A stretch of DNA of 64,000 nucleotides from Cyanobacteria bacterium auto_48_18 (GTDB lineage: Bacteria > Cyanobacteriota > Vampirovibrionia > Obscuribacterales > Obscuribacteraceae). The stretch is taken from positions 64,001-128,000 of the forward strand of contig JAVHQC010000006.1 in the NCBI GenBank assembly GCA_036170915.1. The letters run 5' to 3'. Below are positions 1 through 10,359 of this stretch, in pieces (the stretch's first letter is position 1; every line of letters starts with the position of its first letter). The position numbers and the translations under genes were made by a program. Below the pieces are notes generated by a model. That model searched no databases. It had not been told where the DNA came from and saw nothing but the letters and a program-made list of their open reading frames with translations.

Positions 1-2
1 AA

Positions 3-929
3 ACCTCACCCTACACGGGTGCTGCCAAGGCGCTGGTGCAAAACATGGGCAAAGCTCTGGTAGGTCAGGCAAAACCGGCGAAGCTGGCGGTAGTAGCACT
101 GCTGGCTGGTGGTCATGTGCTGCTTGAAGATGTACCTGGTGTGGGCAAAACGCTCCTGGCCAAAAGTCTCGCTAATTCGGTCAAGGCAAATTTTAAGCGC
201 ATCCAGTGCACACCTGATCTTCTGCCCTCAGACGTCTCCGGTGTCAACATTTTTGACCAGAAAGATAGCTCTTTCCACTTTTTGCCAGGGCCGATTTTCA
301 CCAACATACTTCTGGTTGATGAAATTAACCGCGCCACACCCCGCACTCAATCTTCTTTGTTAGAAGCAATGGAAGAGGGTCAGGTCACCAGTGATGGTAC
401 TACCCGGCCTCTACCCCAGCTCTTTTTTGTTATCGCTACTCAAAACCCAATTGAACACCACGGCACATTCCCGTTGCCGGAAGCCCAGCTCGACCGGTTC
501 ATGATGTCTATGTCACTTGGTTATCCGCAGGCAGATCAAGAAGCGGAAATAATTAAGAAGACAATGCGTGACGGGGCTTTTAATGTCGATTCGATTTTAA
601 GTACAGAAGACGTTCTAGCCGCGAGACTGGGCGTTAGAAAAATATTTGTTCACGACGCTCTTGTTAATTATGTTGTGCAAATCGTTCAGACCACAAGAAA
701 GCATCCATCGGTATTGCTCGGGGTCAGCCCACGGGGCTCGCAATTATTAGTAAAGGCGGCACAGGCCAACGCCTTTATCGATGGTCGCGATTTTGTCACT
801 CCTGATGATATTAAGCTGCTTGCCCCTGCTGTGTTCGGCCATCGTGTGCTACCAAAAGTAAAGACCAACCGGGTCAGTCATGCAGAACTCATCGAAAAAA
901 TCCTTGAGACCGTCCCCGTCCCAGCCTAG
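3..929 (+). CDS. moxR: MoxR-family AAA+ ATPase (probably 5'-truncated by the window edge)
   Basis: Walker A EDVPGVGKT, Walker B LLVDEINRA and the MoxR signature QNPIEHHGTFPLPEAQLDRF are present. The frame stays open upstream of the called start at 36 to the window edge. Confidence 0.93.
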   Translation, partial: TSPYTGAAKALVQNMGKALVGQAKPAKLAVVALLAGGHVLLEDVPGVGKTLLAKSLANSVKANFKRIQCTPDLLPSDVSGVNIFDQKDSSFHFLPGPIFTNILLVDEINRATPRTQSSLLEAMEEGQVTSDGTTRPLPQLFFVIATQNPIEHHGTFPLPEAQLDRFMMSMSLGYPQADQEAEIIKKTMRDGAFNVDSILSTEDVLAARLGVRKIFVHDALVNYVVQIVQTTRKHPSVLLGVSPRGSQLLVKAAQANAFIDGRDFVTPDDIKLLAPAVFGHRVLPKVKTNRVSHAELIEKILETVPVPA

Positions 930-2499
930 CGCTGCGGGGAGCACCAAATCTGGTGCAGGTAAGCCAATGCCTCCGGCGCCAGCCGGTTCAGGCATGGGAT
1001 CTGGCATAGGCTCAGGTCCGGGCATGGCCCCAAATGTGAGCTCAGGCCTGGCTCCAGGACGTCCGCTAGATACAAGCACGCCCTTCGGTAACTCCGGCGG
1101 TCGGCGGTTGAAACTTCCTGTTGGTTTTGGGTACAGCGTCTATTTGGAAGGCCGACAGTTTGGCATGCTGGTGGTTTCGGTAGGGCTTTATATTTTTGCT
1201 GCAGTGGTAGCCAGCGAGTGGATTTATTTGCTTTCTGCCGCTTTTCTCGTAGCTTTGATTCTAGGTTTTGTTCTGCCATTTTTTGAATTGGCTGGGCTTA
1301 CTGCCAGTTACTCTTTGCCTCAAGAAGTAGCTCCGCTGGAAACTGCCACCATAAAAGTAAATATCAAGCGTCAGTTTAAACTGGGGCCGATATCATGGGT
1401 GGTGCCAACGCGTGCTCTGCGCATGACGGTCAATATGCTCAAGCGCTCGACTGATGGCTTACCGAGCGACGTCACCGTCGCCCCAGATCCAGTCTATATA
1501 GATAAACTTGAAAGTTCTGAATGGTACAGCTTTCCTACACCATCGCTCAAACGCGGCATCTATTATCTCGATAGCATCGAACTGACAACCTGCTTTCCTT
1601 TCGGTATTGTCTGGTGGACGCGCTCGGTAAAATTGAAAAAAGCTGCGGGCGACTCCGATGCCAGCATTACTGTTTATCCAAATGTTCTATCGATTTCAGG
1701 TAATTTCCTTTATCGACTGACCGGCATCGTTTCGCCCATGGGTCATGCCACTTCCACTTCGGTGATCACTCACCAATCGAGCAGCTTTAGAAGCGTGCGC
1801 GACTTTCGCAGCGGCGACAGCCTGCGCCACATTCACTGGGCCTCTACCGCTCGACAGGGCAAAATGCTGGTGCGCGAATTCGATTCAGAGACGCTGCCGG
1901 TCTTTGATATTTTGCTTAATCTTCGCGCTAATTACCGCTCTCCTGAACAATTTGAATTGACGGTCACCTTAATCAACTCACTGGTGCATCTTGGTCACAG
2001 CCTTGGTCACATGCCCAGGTTGATTCTCAATCCTTCTACCGAATCTGCCGACTTGCAGCCGCTCATGGCCGACTTGCCTCACGTGCCTCCAGGTTTGGCC
2101 TTGACCGCCGAAATATTGGCTCGAGTAGAGCCCATTACTAAGGTGGCGGCCAATCGCAAAACTATTGAAGAGGAAGAGGCGACAGATTTTGAAACCTGGT
2201 CGCATGTTAATGACCGGCCCTTGCTCACAGTTCTGCCTACTTCCGAAAAAATCATGAAATACACTCCGGGCAAGGGCGACGTGGTCTGTCAGCCTGTAGA
2301 AGTGGTGGAAGTTTCGCCCAACTGGCAAGATGAGAGCGAACCTTTGCCGGGGATGGAAAACCAGAATAGCGAAAAAGGCGTAAACTTTAAGAGTGCACGT
2401 GGAGCTTCAACTAAGAAGTCAGAGCGCAACGAAATCGGCCCTACTGGTGGCATGGTAGTGGCTCGCGTGGAGTCGGAAGGAGATTTTGACGGCTTATGA
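880..2499 (+). CDS. DUF58 domain membrane protein
   Basis: Motif FRSVRDFRSGDSLRHIHWASTARQGKMLVREFD, two N-terminal TM helices, and the typical position between MoxR and transglutaminase genes. The start is uncertain. Confidence 0.88.
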   Translation: MQNSSKKSLRPSPSQPSAAGSTKSGAGKPMPPAPAGSGMGSGIGSGPGMAPNVSSGLAPGRPLDTSTPFGNSGGRRLKLPVGFGYSVYLEGRQFGMLVVSVGLYIFAAVVASEWIYLLSAAFLVALILGFVLPFFELAGLTASYSLPQEVAPLETATIKVNIKRQFKLGPISWVVPTRALRMTVNMLKRSTDGLPSDVTVAPDPVYIDKLESSEWYSFPTPSLKRGIYYLDSIELTTCFPFGIVWWTRSVKLKKAAGDSDASITVYPNVLSISGNFLYRLTGIVSPMGHATSTSVITHQSSSFRSVRDFRSGDSLRHIHWASTARQGKMLVREFDSETLPVFDILLNLRANYRSPEQFELTVTLINSLVHLGHSLGHMPRLILNPSTESADLQPLMADLPHVPPGLALTAEILARVEPITKVAANRKTIEEEEATDFETWSHVNDRPLLTVLPTSEKIMKYTPGKGDVVCQPVEVVEVSPNWQDESEPLPGMENQNSEKGVNFKSARGASTKKSERNEIGPTGGMVVARVESEGDFDGL

Positions 2500-5363
2500 G
2501 CAAACGTGAAAGCTTACCTCCTGAAGATTCAATTCCTCTGCGAATTATTGTCTATTTGATGACCCTGACTTGCATTTTGGCCAGCTGTATCTTTGTTAAG
2601 ACAGCGTGGCCAGTGGCTGTGCTTGGTTTTACTTTGTGCACGATTGGCTCGCTGGTGGCCTATCAGTATCGCCACGAGAACCAGAAGTGGATGCAGATTA
2701 TTGTAGTGGTGGGCGTGCTTGCTGTGGGAGCCAATGCTCTGGCCGAATTTATGAACCCGATGAACGGACCGGCCGATTTCTGGGGCCCGGTGGTGCACTT
2801 TATCGCCGGTACTTTTGCTTTGCATACCTTTGATTTGAAATCGCGTTCTGATATCAATCTTTCAGCAATGCTCGGCGCCTTAATTTTGTGCTGCCTTTCA
2901 CCTGTGGCTCGCAGTCTGGCTTTCGGTGGTGCGGTGCTCACTTACATCAGTCTTGGCACCGTCATGCTTTATTACGATTGCATGTCGCGCACTTTGACCA
3001 ACTGGCTTGATAGACCGATGAAACCGGCGCCGATAGTGCCGTCTTTTGTCACCGATAAAAGACGCAGCCCCAGCGGTAGCGCTCAGTTGACTCTGGCTCT
3101 ACTGCCCATCATCACTTTGATTTCTTTTCTCGTGGTACCGCGCTCTGATGACACCATGGACATTATTACTTCTAGCCTGAAGAACATGAACTTGGCTAGT
3201 TTGATGCGACTTCTCCCCGACTTCAGCAATCATGATGCTGCTCATCAGCCTACGCGTAATACTTATAACGCCCCTTTACATAATCTTGGTGTGAAGCGCC
3301 TCAACGATGCTGAAAAGAAGGCAGCACAGTTGGCTGCTCAAGAACAGCAAGCCAACAAGCCGCCGGTAACTCCTCCTTCCGGCAAAGGCAAAGACCCTGC
3401 TGCGAAAGCTTCTGCGGCTGAAAGCGAGAAAGAAAAGGAAAAAGAGAAAGAGAAATCCAAAGCTACTGCTAAACCTGCCGAGAAGCAGGCCAAAGACGAG
3501 AAAGTCGGTGAACAAGGATCTGATAAGGGTTCTGGAAAGAAGGCCGGAAAGGAAAGCAAAGCACAAAAAGATCAAAAACTGGCTGATGCTATTGCCAAAG
3601 TTGGTGGTGGCAACGGCGGTAAAAATGGTGCTGGCAAAGGCTCTGGCAAAGGCTCTGGCGAAGGTACTGGTAAAGGCGCTGGTAAAGGCGCTGGCAAAGG
3701 TACTAACGGAACTAACGGAACTAACGGAACAGGCGGCACTGGTGGTGGTGGCGAGGGCGGTTCGCTGGCCAACAAGCTAATTGATATGGACGGCGCTCAA
3801 GAAACCAAATCAAAAGAAATGCTTTTTAAAGTCAGCTCCACACGTCTGTTTTATGAAAGAAGAGCTGTCTTCGACAATTTTGACGGACGCTTCTGGATGC
3901 GTTCCAAAGATTTTCTCACCGCCAAAAATATGGATATCAAGCCAATTACAGGAAAGCCAGAGACTACTGTTGAGCCTCAGGCGGCAGTAACCCCTGGCCA
4001 ACCGGCACTGAGCGAAGAAGCACAAGCTGAAAAAGAACTTGAAGAAGAGCGCTTGCGCTCATTAGATGGTGAGTTGAGCGGCTTCGGCGCAGCAACAGCA
4101 GTGCACTATGTGTTCTTCAAGCCAGAAAAGCCCAATTTTGATGTGAAGAAGGCCAATGCTTTTATTGTGCCGAAAGTTTTGCCCACAGTAGAACTGACTC
4201 AGGGTTATGAAGTACTGTCCGATCTTGATAATGTGGTGCCGGTTTGCTGGATTCCACAGATGGTGGGCATCGGTGGCAAGACTCTAACCGTAGATGATTA
4301 CGGCATGGTACAGAGCTCAGAAGTATTGAAAAAAGGCACCACTTTTAAAGTGGTATCACAACTTCCTCTGTATGATACGGCTCGCATGCGCAATGAGCCG
4401 GTATTGACGATGCAACAAGAAGAAAAGATTCGCAAACAACTGTCGAATTATTTACAACTTCCCGAAAACCTCTCGCCTGAAGTAGTCAATTTCGCTAACC
4501 AGTCTGCCGGACAAACAGGTAACTGGTTCAGCACCGCCGATAAGATTTGCAAGATATTGCGTTCTCACGCTAAGTTTGAAGCCAATAAACCAACTGATTT
4601 CGAAGCCGCGGAAGATCGCATCAGTCAGTTCTTATTTGAGCGCAAGCTCGGCAACAGCAAAGATTTTGCCGCCTCATTTGTGGTGCTTTGCCGCAGTGTC
4701 GGTTTGCCGGCACGGCTAGTGAGCGGTTATGGCATAGGCAAGACCAATAAAATTTCAGGAATGCGCGAAATCTCGAGCTCAGACGCGCACGTCTGGTCAG
4801 AAGTTTTCATACCTGACTACGGATGGGTGCCGTTTGACTCAGTGCCTGACGGTATTCTGCCGGCCCAGGCTCGTGAAGAAGGCTATAGTTTCAGTGCTCT
4901 AGAAAAAATGGTAGAGGCTCAAACCGGCCTCGACTTAAGCGATGATGGTCTCAGCCCGCGGCGCATCATGGGCTGGATTGCCATCATAATTTCGTCGCTC
5001 ATACTGCTTGCCGGCATAATTTACGGCATTATTGTCCTCATCAAACATCTGCGGCAAGAAGCGGCTATGAAGCGATGGCGTGGGCCTGAGTGGAAGCTCT
5101 ACCTGGCCATTATCAAAGACCTGAAGAAGATAAAGATTGAGCGAATGGAGCACGAGACGAGCACTCAATTTGTTCATCGTGTAGCAGACATTATCAAAGA
5201 TCGAATAAAACAAGGCATGAATGCCGATCGTGGTCTGCCGGACGCTTTGTCTGATTTCTTTACCGTCTACGACGCTGTACACTTTGGCAATAAAGATTTG
5301 ATGCCTGATCTGAAAGAGAAAGCTTCAGAGGTGCATAAGCTGGTCAAGTCCAAGGGCAAGTAG
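2496..5363 (+). CDS. Transglutaminase-like (TgpA/DUF3488-type) membrane protein
   Basis: Multi-TM N-terminus and a TGase core (GNSKDFAASFVVLCRSVGLPARLVSGY, AHVWSEVF, GWVPFD). ATGA overlap with the DUF58 gene. Confidence 0.88.
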   Translation: MSKRESLPPEDSIPLRIIVYLMTLTCILASCIFVKTAWPVAVLGFTLCTIGSLVAYQYRHENQKWMQIIVVVGVLAVGANALAEFMNPMNGPADFWGPVVHFIAGTFALHTFDLKSRSDINLSAMLGALILCCLSPVARSLAFGGAVLTYISLGTVMLYYDCMSRTLTNWLDRPMKPAPIVPSFVTDKRRSPSGSAQLTLALLPIITLISFLVVPRSDDTMDIITSSLKNMNLASLMRLLPDFSNHDAAHQPTRNTYNAPLHNLGVKRLNDAEKKAAQLAAQEQQANKPPVTPPSGKGKDPAAKASAAESEKEKEKEKEKSKATAKPAEKQAKDEKVGEQGSDKGSGKKAGKESKAQKDQKLADAIAKVGGGNGGKNGAGKGSGKGSGEGTGKGAGKGAGKGTNGTNGTNGTGGTGGGGEGGSLANKLIDMDGAQETKSKEMLFKVSSTRLFYERRAVFDNFDGRFWMRSKDFLTAKNMDIKPITGKPETTVEPQAAVTPGQPALSEEAQAEKELEEERLRSLDGELSGFGAATAVHYVFFKPEKPNFDVKKANAFIVPKVLPTVELTQGYEVLSDLDNVVPVCWIPQMVGIGGKTLTVDDYGMVQSSEVLKKGTTFKVVSQLPLYDTARMRNEPVLTMQQEEKIRKQLSNYLQLPENLSPEVVNFANQSAGQTGNWFSTADKICKILRSHAKFEANKPTDFEAAEDRISQFLFERKLGNSKDFAASFVVLCRSVGLPARLVSGYGIGKTNKISGMREISSSDAHVWSEVFIPDYGWVPFDSVPDGILPAQAREEGYSFSALEKMVEAQTGLDLSDDGLSPRRIMGWIAIIISSLILLAGIIYGIIVLIKHLRQEAAMKRWRGPEWKLYLAIIKDLKKIKIERMEHETSTQFVHRVADIIKDRIKQGMNADRGLPDALSDFFTVYDAVHFGNKDLMPDLKEKASEVHKLVKSKGK
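3633..3728 (+). repeat. Intragenic coding repeats (GKGS/GKGA 12-nt units and ACTAACGGA x3) forming a Gly-rich linker
   Basis: Tandem repeats directly visible in the sequence, with ACTAACGGA x3 at 3702-3728. Confidence 0.85.
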
Positions 5364-6722
5364 ATGGGCGCCATAACCGCAGAAGCAGTGATTGGAAAAG
5401 CACAGGCAGCAGGTGTGAAACTGGTGCGCTTTTTGTTCAGCGACACCAATGGTTGTGTGCGTGGTAAGAGTTCGAGCATCGCTACTGCCGACGTCAGATT
5501 TAAGACTGGTATCGGCATAGTCAAAGCCTCCATGGCAATGAATTTGCTCGATCAGATGCAGACCGACAGCGGTTACAGTGCTACCGGAGAAGTGCGTTTA
5601 ATTCCAGATCTCCATACTTTCCGTCTTCTCCCTTACACTTTGGCTTCGGCCTCAGTTCTATGCGATATGCAGGAACTAGATGGGACACCCTGGGCCTCTT
5701 GTCCGCGCAATTTTCTTAAAAGACAAATTGAGGCAGCAGCTGAGATGGGCTTTAAGGTGCTTGCCGCGTTCGAGCCCGAATTTATGCTCGGGGTGATGGA
5801 AGCCGGTGAGTTTAGGCCTATCGATAAAGGTTTGTGTTTTTCAACTCAAAGCATGAATGCTGCTGACCGCTTTATCACTCGCCTATTTGATTGTCTTGAG
5901 CGGCAAGATCTCAAAGTCGAGCAATATTACGCTGAGCTTGGTGCCGGTCAGCACGAGCTCAGCATCGAACCGGCAGCGGCGCTCACGGCTGCAGATAATT
6001 TGATTACTTACAGAGAAACCACATACGGTGTGGCCCAGGAGCTCGGTCTGACGGCCACATTCATGCCCAAGCGCTCATCGGAAGATGCTGGCAATGGCTG
6101 CCATTTGCATTTGTCACTGTGGAGCAGTGATGAAAAAACAAATTTGTTTTACGATGGCCAATCACACAATGGTAATTTGAGCGAAATTGGCCTGCAGTTT
6201 ATCGCCGGAATTTTAACTCATTTAAAAGCGCTCACTGCCATCACTTGCCCTTCAGTCAATTCTTACAGACGCCTCAAGCCGCGCAGTTGGAGCTCTGCTT
6301 ATACTTGCTGGGGCATCGATAACCGCGAGGCCGCTGTGCGTGTACCTTCGCTTTTGTCTGGCCGAGAAAATCAAACTTGTAATATTGAACTTAAGTCATG
6401 CGACGCTACTGTAAATCCGTACCTGGCACTGGGAGCAGTAATCGCTTGCGGCTTAGATGGCGTGAAGCGTAAACTTGTGGCACCACCACCAGTGCAATGC
6501 GATCCCAGTGAACTTAGTGATGACGAAATGATTGCCGGTCAAATTGAACGTCTCCCTCAAAGTCTTAATGAGGCATTAACCGAACTGGAGACAGATTTAT
6601 TTTTGTTTCAGCAACTGGGGCCCGAGCTGGCAAACACCTTTATCGTCGTTAAAACTTCAGAGGTTTCAGCTTACCTCAATGATGCCGAATTTGAGTTCAG
6701 TACACACTTGTTGAGATATTGA
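5364..6722 (+). CDS. Glutamine synthetase-like / gamma-glutamyl ligase (FluG C-terminal-like)
   Basis: Motifs FEPEF, ELGAGQHE, GNGCHLHLSL, NSYRRL, WGIDNREAAVRVP and NIELKSCD..NPYL. Confidence 0.9.
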   Translation: MGAITAEAVIGKAQAAGVKLVRFLFSDTNGCVRGKSSSIATADVRFKTGIGIVKASMAMNLLDQMQTDSGYSATGEVRLIPDLHTFRLLPYTLASASVLCDMQELDGTPWASCPRNFLKRQIEAAAEMGFKVLAAFEPEFMLGVMEAGEFRPIDKGLCFSTQSMNAADRFITRLFDCLERQDLKVEQYYAELGAGQHELSIEPAAALTAADNLITYRETTYGVAQELGLTATFMPKRSSEDAGNGCHLHLSLWSSDEKTNLFYDGQSHNGNLSEIGLQFIAGILTHLKALTAITCPSVNSYRRLKPRSWSSAYTCWGIDNREAAVRVPSLLSGRENQTCNIELKSCDATVNPYLALGAVIACGLDGVKRKLVAPPPVQCDPSELSDDEMIAGQIERLPQSLNEALTELETDLFLFQQLGPELANTFIVVKTSEVSAYLNDAEFEFSTHLLRY

Positions 6723-6734
6723 AATGGTGGCACC

Positions 6735-7898
6735 TTGATCGAGATGGTAGACAATCATGCTCACAATTTGCTCGCTGACTATCGTCAGTGTAGTTTGATT
6801 GATTTTGCTAAGCCGTACTGCGAGAGTCGTTTTGACGAAATGCTGACCAGGCATATTCCGCTGTCTTTGTTTTATCAACATCTGATTAGAAAATTGCTGA
6901 GCCGCTATCGTTGTCCCACTCTTGCTGATTATCTCGAGTTGAGGCTAGAGCAAGATCAAAGTGAGCATCTTAGCGGATTATTTAGCGACGCTGGTATCGA
7001 AACCGTGCTTGTGGACGACGGCTATCACGGTCAAGGAGAGACGCTGTCAGCCCAGAATTTGTCGCGCTTAGCTCAGGTAAAGACTGCAAGAGTCTTGCGC
7101 ATCGAAACAATTTTAGAAAATTTGACTCGTGAATGCACCAGTCTTGACCAGGTGCTCAAAACTTTGCCTGAAGTATTGAACCAAGAACTTAGCGCTGATC
7201 AAAGTTTTCCGGTGGTGGCACTAAAGACCATAGTTGCTTATCGAGGTGGTTTGCAACTCGACTCCGTTAGCTTATCGACTGCGCGCTCAAGTTTTCATCC
7301 TGCTCGCAAAGAAGTCTTAGAAGGCGGCCGCATCAATCGCTCTGCTACATATCACTATCTGCTCAGCGAGGTTTTAGATTTTGCTGTTGCACGCCAGTTG
7401 CCGGTGCAGGTTCATTGCGGCCTCGGAGATGATGATGCGCTTTTGTCGCAAGCCAATCCAGTCCATTTTCAAGCACTTTTGAAAGCCGAGCGCTACCGTG
7501 ACCTTAAGTGCGTATTTTTGCATTGTTATCCATATGTGCGAGAAGTTGCATATTTGGCTTCCATTTATCCGGGCGTCTTTTTTGACCTCTCCCTGGCTAA
7601 CAGTTTGATTGCGCCTGATTTAACTCGTATTTATTACGAAGCGCTTTCGGCCGCTCCCGTTTCTAAGATTTTGGCCGGCACTGACGGCCACAGTCAGCCT
7701 GAGTCTTACTGGTACGGCGCCATGTGTTTACGGCGCAGCCTGACTGAAGCACTTAAAGAGCTGGTAGAAAGAGACTATATGCTCAAAGGGCAACAGGTTG
7801 AGGTTGAGCGGGCGATTCTAAGAAGCAACGCTATTAGCCTCTACAAGTTGAATGTCACTAGCAGTTTAAGTGCAGCCACGTCTCAACAAGTTAAGTAG
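6735..7898 (+). CDS. Amidohydrolase_2-family protein (FluG N-terminal-like)
   Basis: DNHAH metal motif, LKTIVAYRGGL, PVQVHCGLGD, LHCYPY and GTDGH. Confidence 0.85.
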   Translation: MIEMVDNHAHNLLADYRQCSLIDFAKPYCESRFDEMLTRHIPLSLFYQHLIRKLLSRYRCPTLADYLELRLEQDQSEHLSGLFSDAGIETVLVDDGYHGQGETLSAQNLSRLAQVKTARVLRIETILENLTRECTSLDQVLKTLPEVLNQELSADQSFPVVALKTIVAYRGGLQLDSVSLSTARSSFHPARKEVLEGGRINRSATYHYLLSEVLDFAVARQLPVQVHCGLGDDDALLSQANPVHFQALLKAERYRDLKCVFLHCYPYVREVAYLASIYPGVFFDLSLANSLIAPDLTRIYYEALSAAPVSKILAGTDGHSQPESYWYGAMCLRRSLTEALKELVERDYMLKGQQVEVERAILRSNAISLYKLNVTSSLSAATSQQVK

Positions 7899-8010
7899 GC
7901 GGCAAAAAGTTCGAAATCACGGCTAAAATCGCTGCATGTATTATGGGCTTTGCGATTCTGGCGCCTGACAAGTCTCTGGTCAAGTGGGGCGATGCCTTAC
8001 AATTTAATGT

Positions 8011-10335
8011 ATGCAATCACCTGACACGGCCAATACTCGTAAAACAAGCGAAATCAAGCGTTCCGAAGCTCTCGAGGCAATTGTCGCCGCAGGGGCAAAA
8101 GACATAGCGGCAACTCCAGTGCCCCCGGCCGCACCGGTGGCTCCTGTGGCTCCCTTAAATTTGCCCGACGACAATCACATGGTTACCATTACGCAAGAGC
8201 AGCCTCCTGTAGACACTGTCGACGACATTCAGCCCCTCTTAACCGACCCACGTTTTTATCTTAATCGTGAGTTGAGTTTGCTCTCGTTCCAGTGGCGAGT
8301 TTTAGAAGAAGCTACAGATGGCACCAACCCATTGCTTGAGCGTTTCCGCTTTCTTTCAATTTTAGGCTCCAACCTCGAAGAATTTTTTATGGTGCGCGTG
8401 GCTGGGCTCAAGCGCCAGATAGAGTCAGGTGCACATACTGCTGGCCCGGACGGCCTGGCACCATCAGAACAGCTTGATGCGGTCAGTTCGGAAGTAACGA
8501 GACTGCTCGCCAGTGCCCATGATTGTTTGAAAGAACGTCTTTTGCCTGAGCTAAAGATGGCCGGCATTCAAATTCTAGATTTTGACGAACTTTCTGAAGA
8601 GCAAAAAGTCGATGCCCGCGAGTATTTCCGCAAGAAAATATTTCCGGTACTGACACCACTAGCCTTCGACCCTGGCCATCCCTTTCCGCACATTTCCAAC
8701 TTGAGTTTGAACCTGGCCGTACTCATTCGTGATCCGGTTTCAGACGAACGTTTTGCCCGCGTTAAAATTCCTGATAGTTTGCCGCAACTGGTGCCAATCG
8801 GTAAAACCGAGCCTCCAGGCGCTCGATCGAGCGTGATTCAGTGCAAACCAAATACTTATATCTGGCTCGATGATCTATGCAAGGCGAATATTGAGCAGCT
8901 ATTCCCCGGCATGTCGATTGTGGAAGTTTATCCTTTCCACGTCACCCGCGATGCCGAGATGGAAATTCAAGAATGGGAAGCCGGCGATCTGCTTGAGACT
9001 ACTGAAGAAGGTGTAAGACAGCGCCGGTTCGGTGATGTGGTGCGACTGCAAGTGCACCATGCCATGCCTGCTTATATTCTAGAAATTTTGATGAGCAATC
9101 TGCAAATCGAGCCTTACGATGTTTATCTGATCGAAGGCCGCATGCCGTTAAGCTCGCTGAAATATGTAGCAAACTTAGATCGCCATGATCTTAAATACAC
9201 ACCGTTTGTGCCTGCGATTCCAGCTGTCTTAGATCCTGACATGATGGACAAAGGCGAAGATATGTTTGCCGCCATATCCAAGCGCAACATTCTTTTCCAC
9301 CATCCATACGACTCATTCCAACCGGTTATCAATTTCCTCAATGCGGCTGCCAGTGATCCGAATGTGCTTGCTATAAAAATGACTCTCTATCGTGTGGGTA
9401 AGAACTCACCGGTGGTAGAGGCACTATTAAAAGCGCAAGAGCGCGGCAAACAGGTGGCTGTTCTAGTAGAACTAAAAGCTAGATTTGATGAAGAGAGTAA
9501 TATTGAATGGGCCAAGGCCTTAGAAGCTGAGGGTGTGCACGTAGTTTACGGACTGCTTGGCCTGAAGATTCACTCTAAACTGGCTCTGGTTGTGCGTAAA
9601 GAAGGTGACAGCATCAAGCGCTATGTGCACCTTGGCACCGGCAATTACAACCCTATGACCGCACATCTGTATACCGATATTGGCATACTTACCTGCGATG
9701 AAAAAATAGGCACCGATATCTCAGACTTGTTTAATTACCTGACTGGATATTCGGCCAAACGTGACTATCGCAAGCTTTTAGTCGCTCCAATCAATTTGCG
9801 TGAGCGCTTTGAAGAGTTGATTTTAAGAGAAATTGAGCACAGCAAAAGTGGTGCCAAGGGTCGCATCATTTTAAAAATGAATGCTCTATCTGATGAACGG
9901 GTAATCGAACTTCTCTATCGTGCTTCGCAAGCGGGCGTAAAAGTAGATTTGATAGTTCGCGGTGTCTGTTGCTTGATTCCAGGCATTCCTGGAGTGAGTG
10001 AAAATATTCAAGTTATAAGCGTCGTTGGGCGATTTCTTGAACACAGTCGCATCTATTATTTCCGCAATGGTGGCAAAGACGAAATTTTCTGCGGCAGTGC
10101 CGATTTGATGCCGCGCAATTTAAACCGCCGTGTGGAAGTGCTTTTCCCAATTGAAGACGAACGTCTGGCACGCTTTGTGCGTGACGCTGTGCTAAAGACC
10201 TATTTGTTTGATACCAGCAAGGCTCGAGTGATGCAAAGCGACGGCCGTTATTTGCGACTGCGTCCGCGCACTGGCGAGCAAGGCTTGAGCTGCCAGCAGT
10301 GGTTCTTAACCAACAATCAAACTAACAAGCGTTAA
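8011..10335 (+). CDS. ppk1: Polyphosphate kinase 1
   Basis: Motifs NRELSLLSFQWRVL, DPGHPFPHISN, HHPYDSF, ELKARFDEESNI and GRFLEHSRIYYF. Confidence 0.97.
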   Translation: MQSPDTANTRKTSEIKRSEALEAIVAAGAKDIAATPVPPAAPVAPVAPLNLPDDNHMVTITQEQPPVDTVDDIQPLLTDPRFYLNRELSLLSFQWRVLEEATDGTNPLLERFRFLSILGSNLEEFFMVRVAGLKRQIESGAHTAGPDGLAPSEQLDAVSSEVTRLLASAHDCLKERLLPELKMAGIQILDFDELSEEQKVDAREYFRKKIFPVLTPLAFDPGHPFPHISNLSLNLAVLIRDPVSDERFARVKIPDSLPQLVPIGKTEPPGARSSVIQCKPNTYIWLDDLCKANIEQLFPGMSIVEVYPFHVTRDAEMEIQEWEAGDLLETTEEGVRQRRFGDVVRLQVHHAMPAYILEILMSNLQIEPYDVYLIEGRMPLSSLKYVANLDRHDLKYTPFVPAIPAVLDPDMMDKGEDMFAAISKRNILFHHPYDSFQPVINFLNAAASDPNVLAIKMTLYRVGKNSPVVEALLKAQERGKQVAVLVELKARFDEESNIEWAKALEAEGVHVVYGLLGLKIHSKLALVVRKEGDSIKRYVHLGTGNYNPMTAHLYTDIGILTCDEKIGTDISDLFNYLTGYSAKRDYRKLLVAPINLRERFEELILREIEHSKSGAKGRIILKMNALSDERVIELLYRASQAGVKVDLIVRGVCCLIPGIPGVSENIQVISVVGRFLEHSRIYYFRNGGKDEIFCGSADLMPRNLNRRVEVLFPIEDERLARFVRDAVLKTYLFDTSKARVMQSDGRYLRLRPRTGEQGLSCQQWFLTNNQTNKR

Positions 10336-10359
10336 AGTCGGCAGAATTAGCCGATCTAA

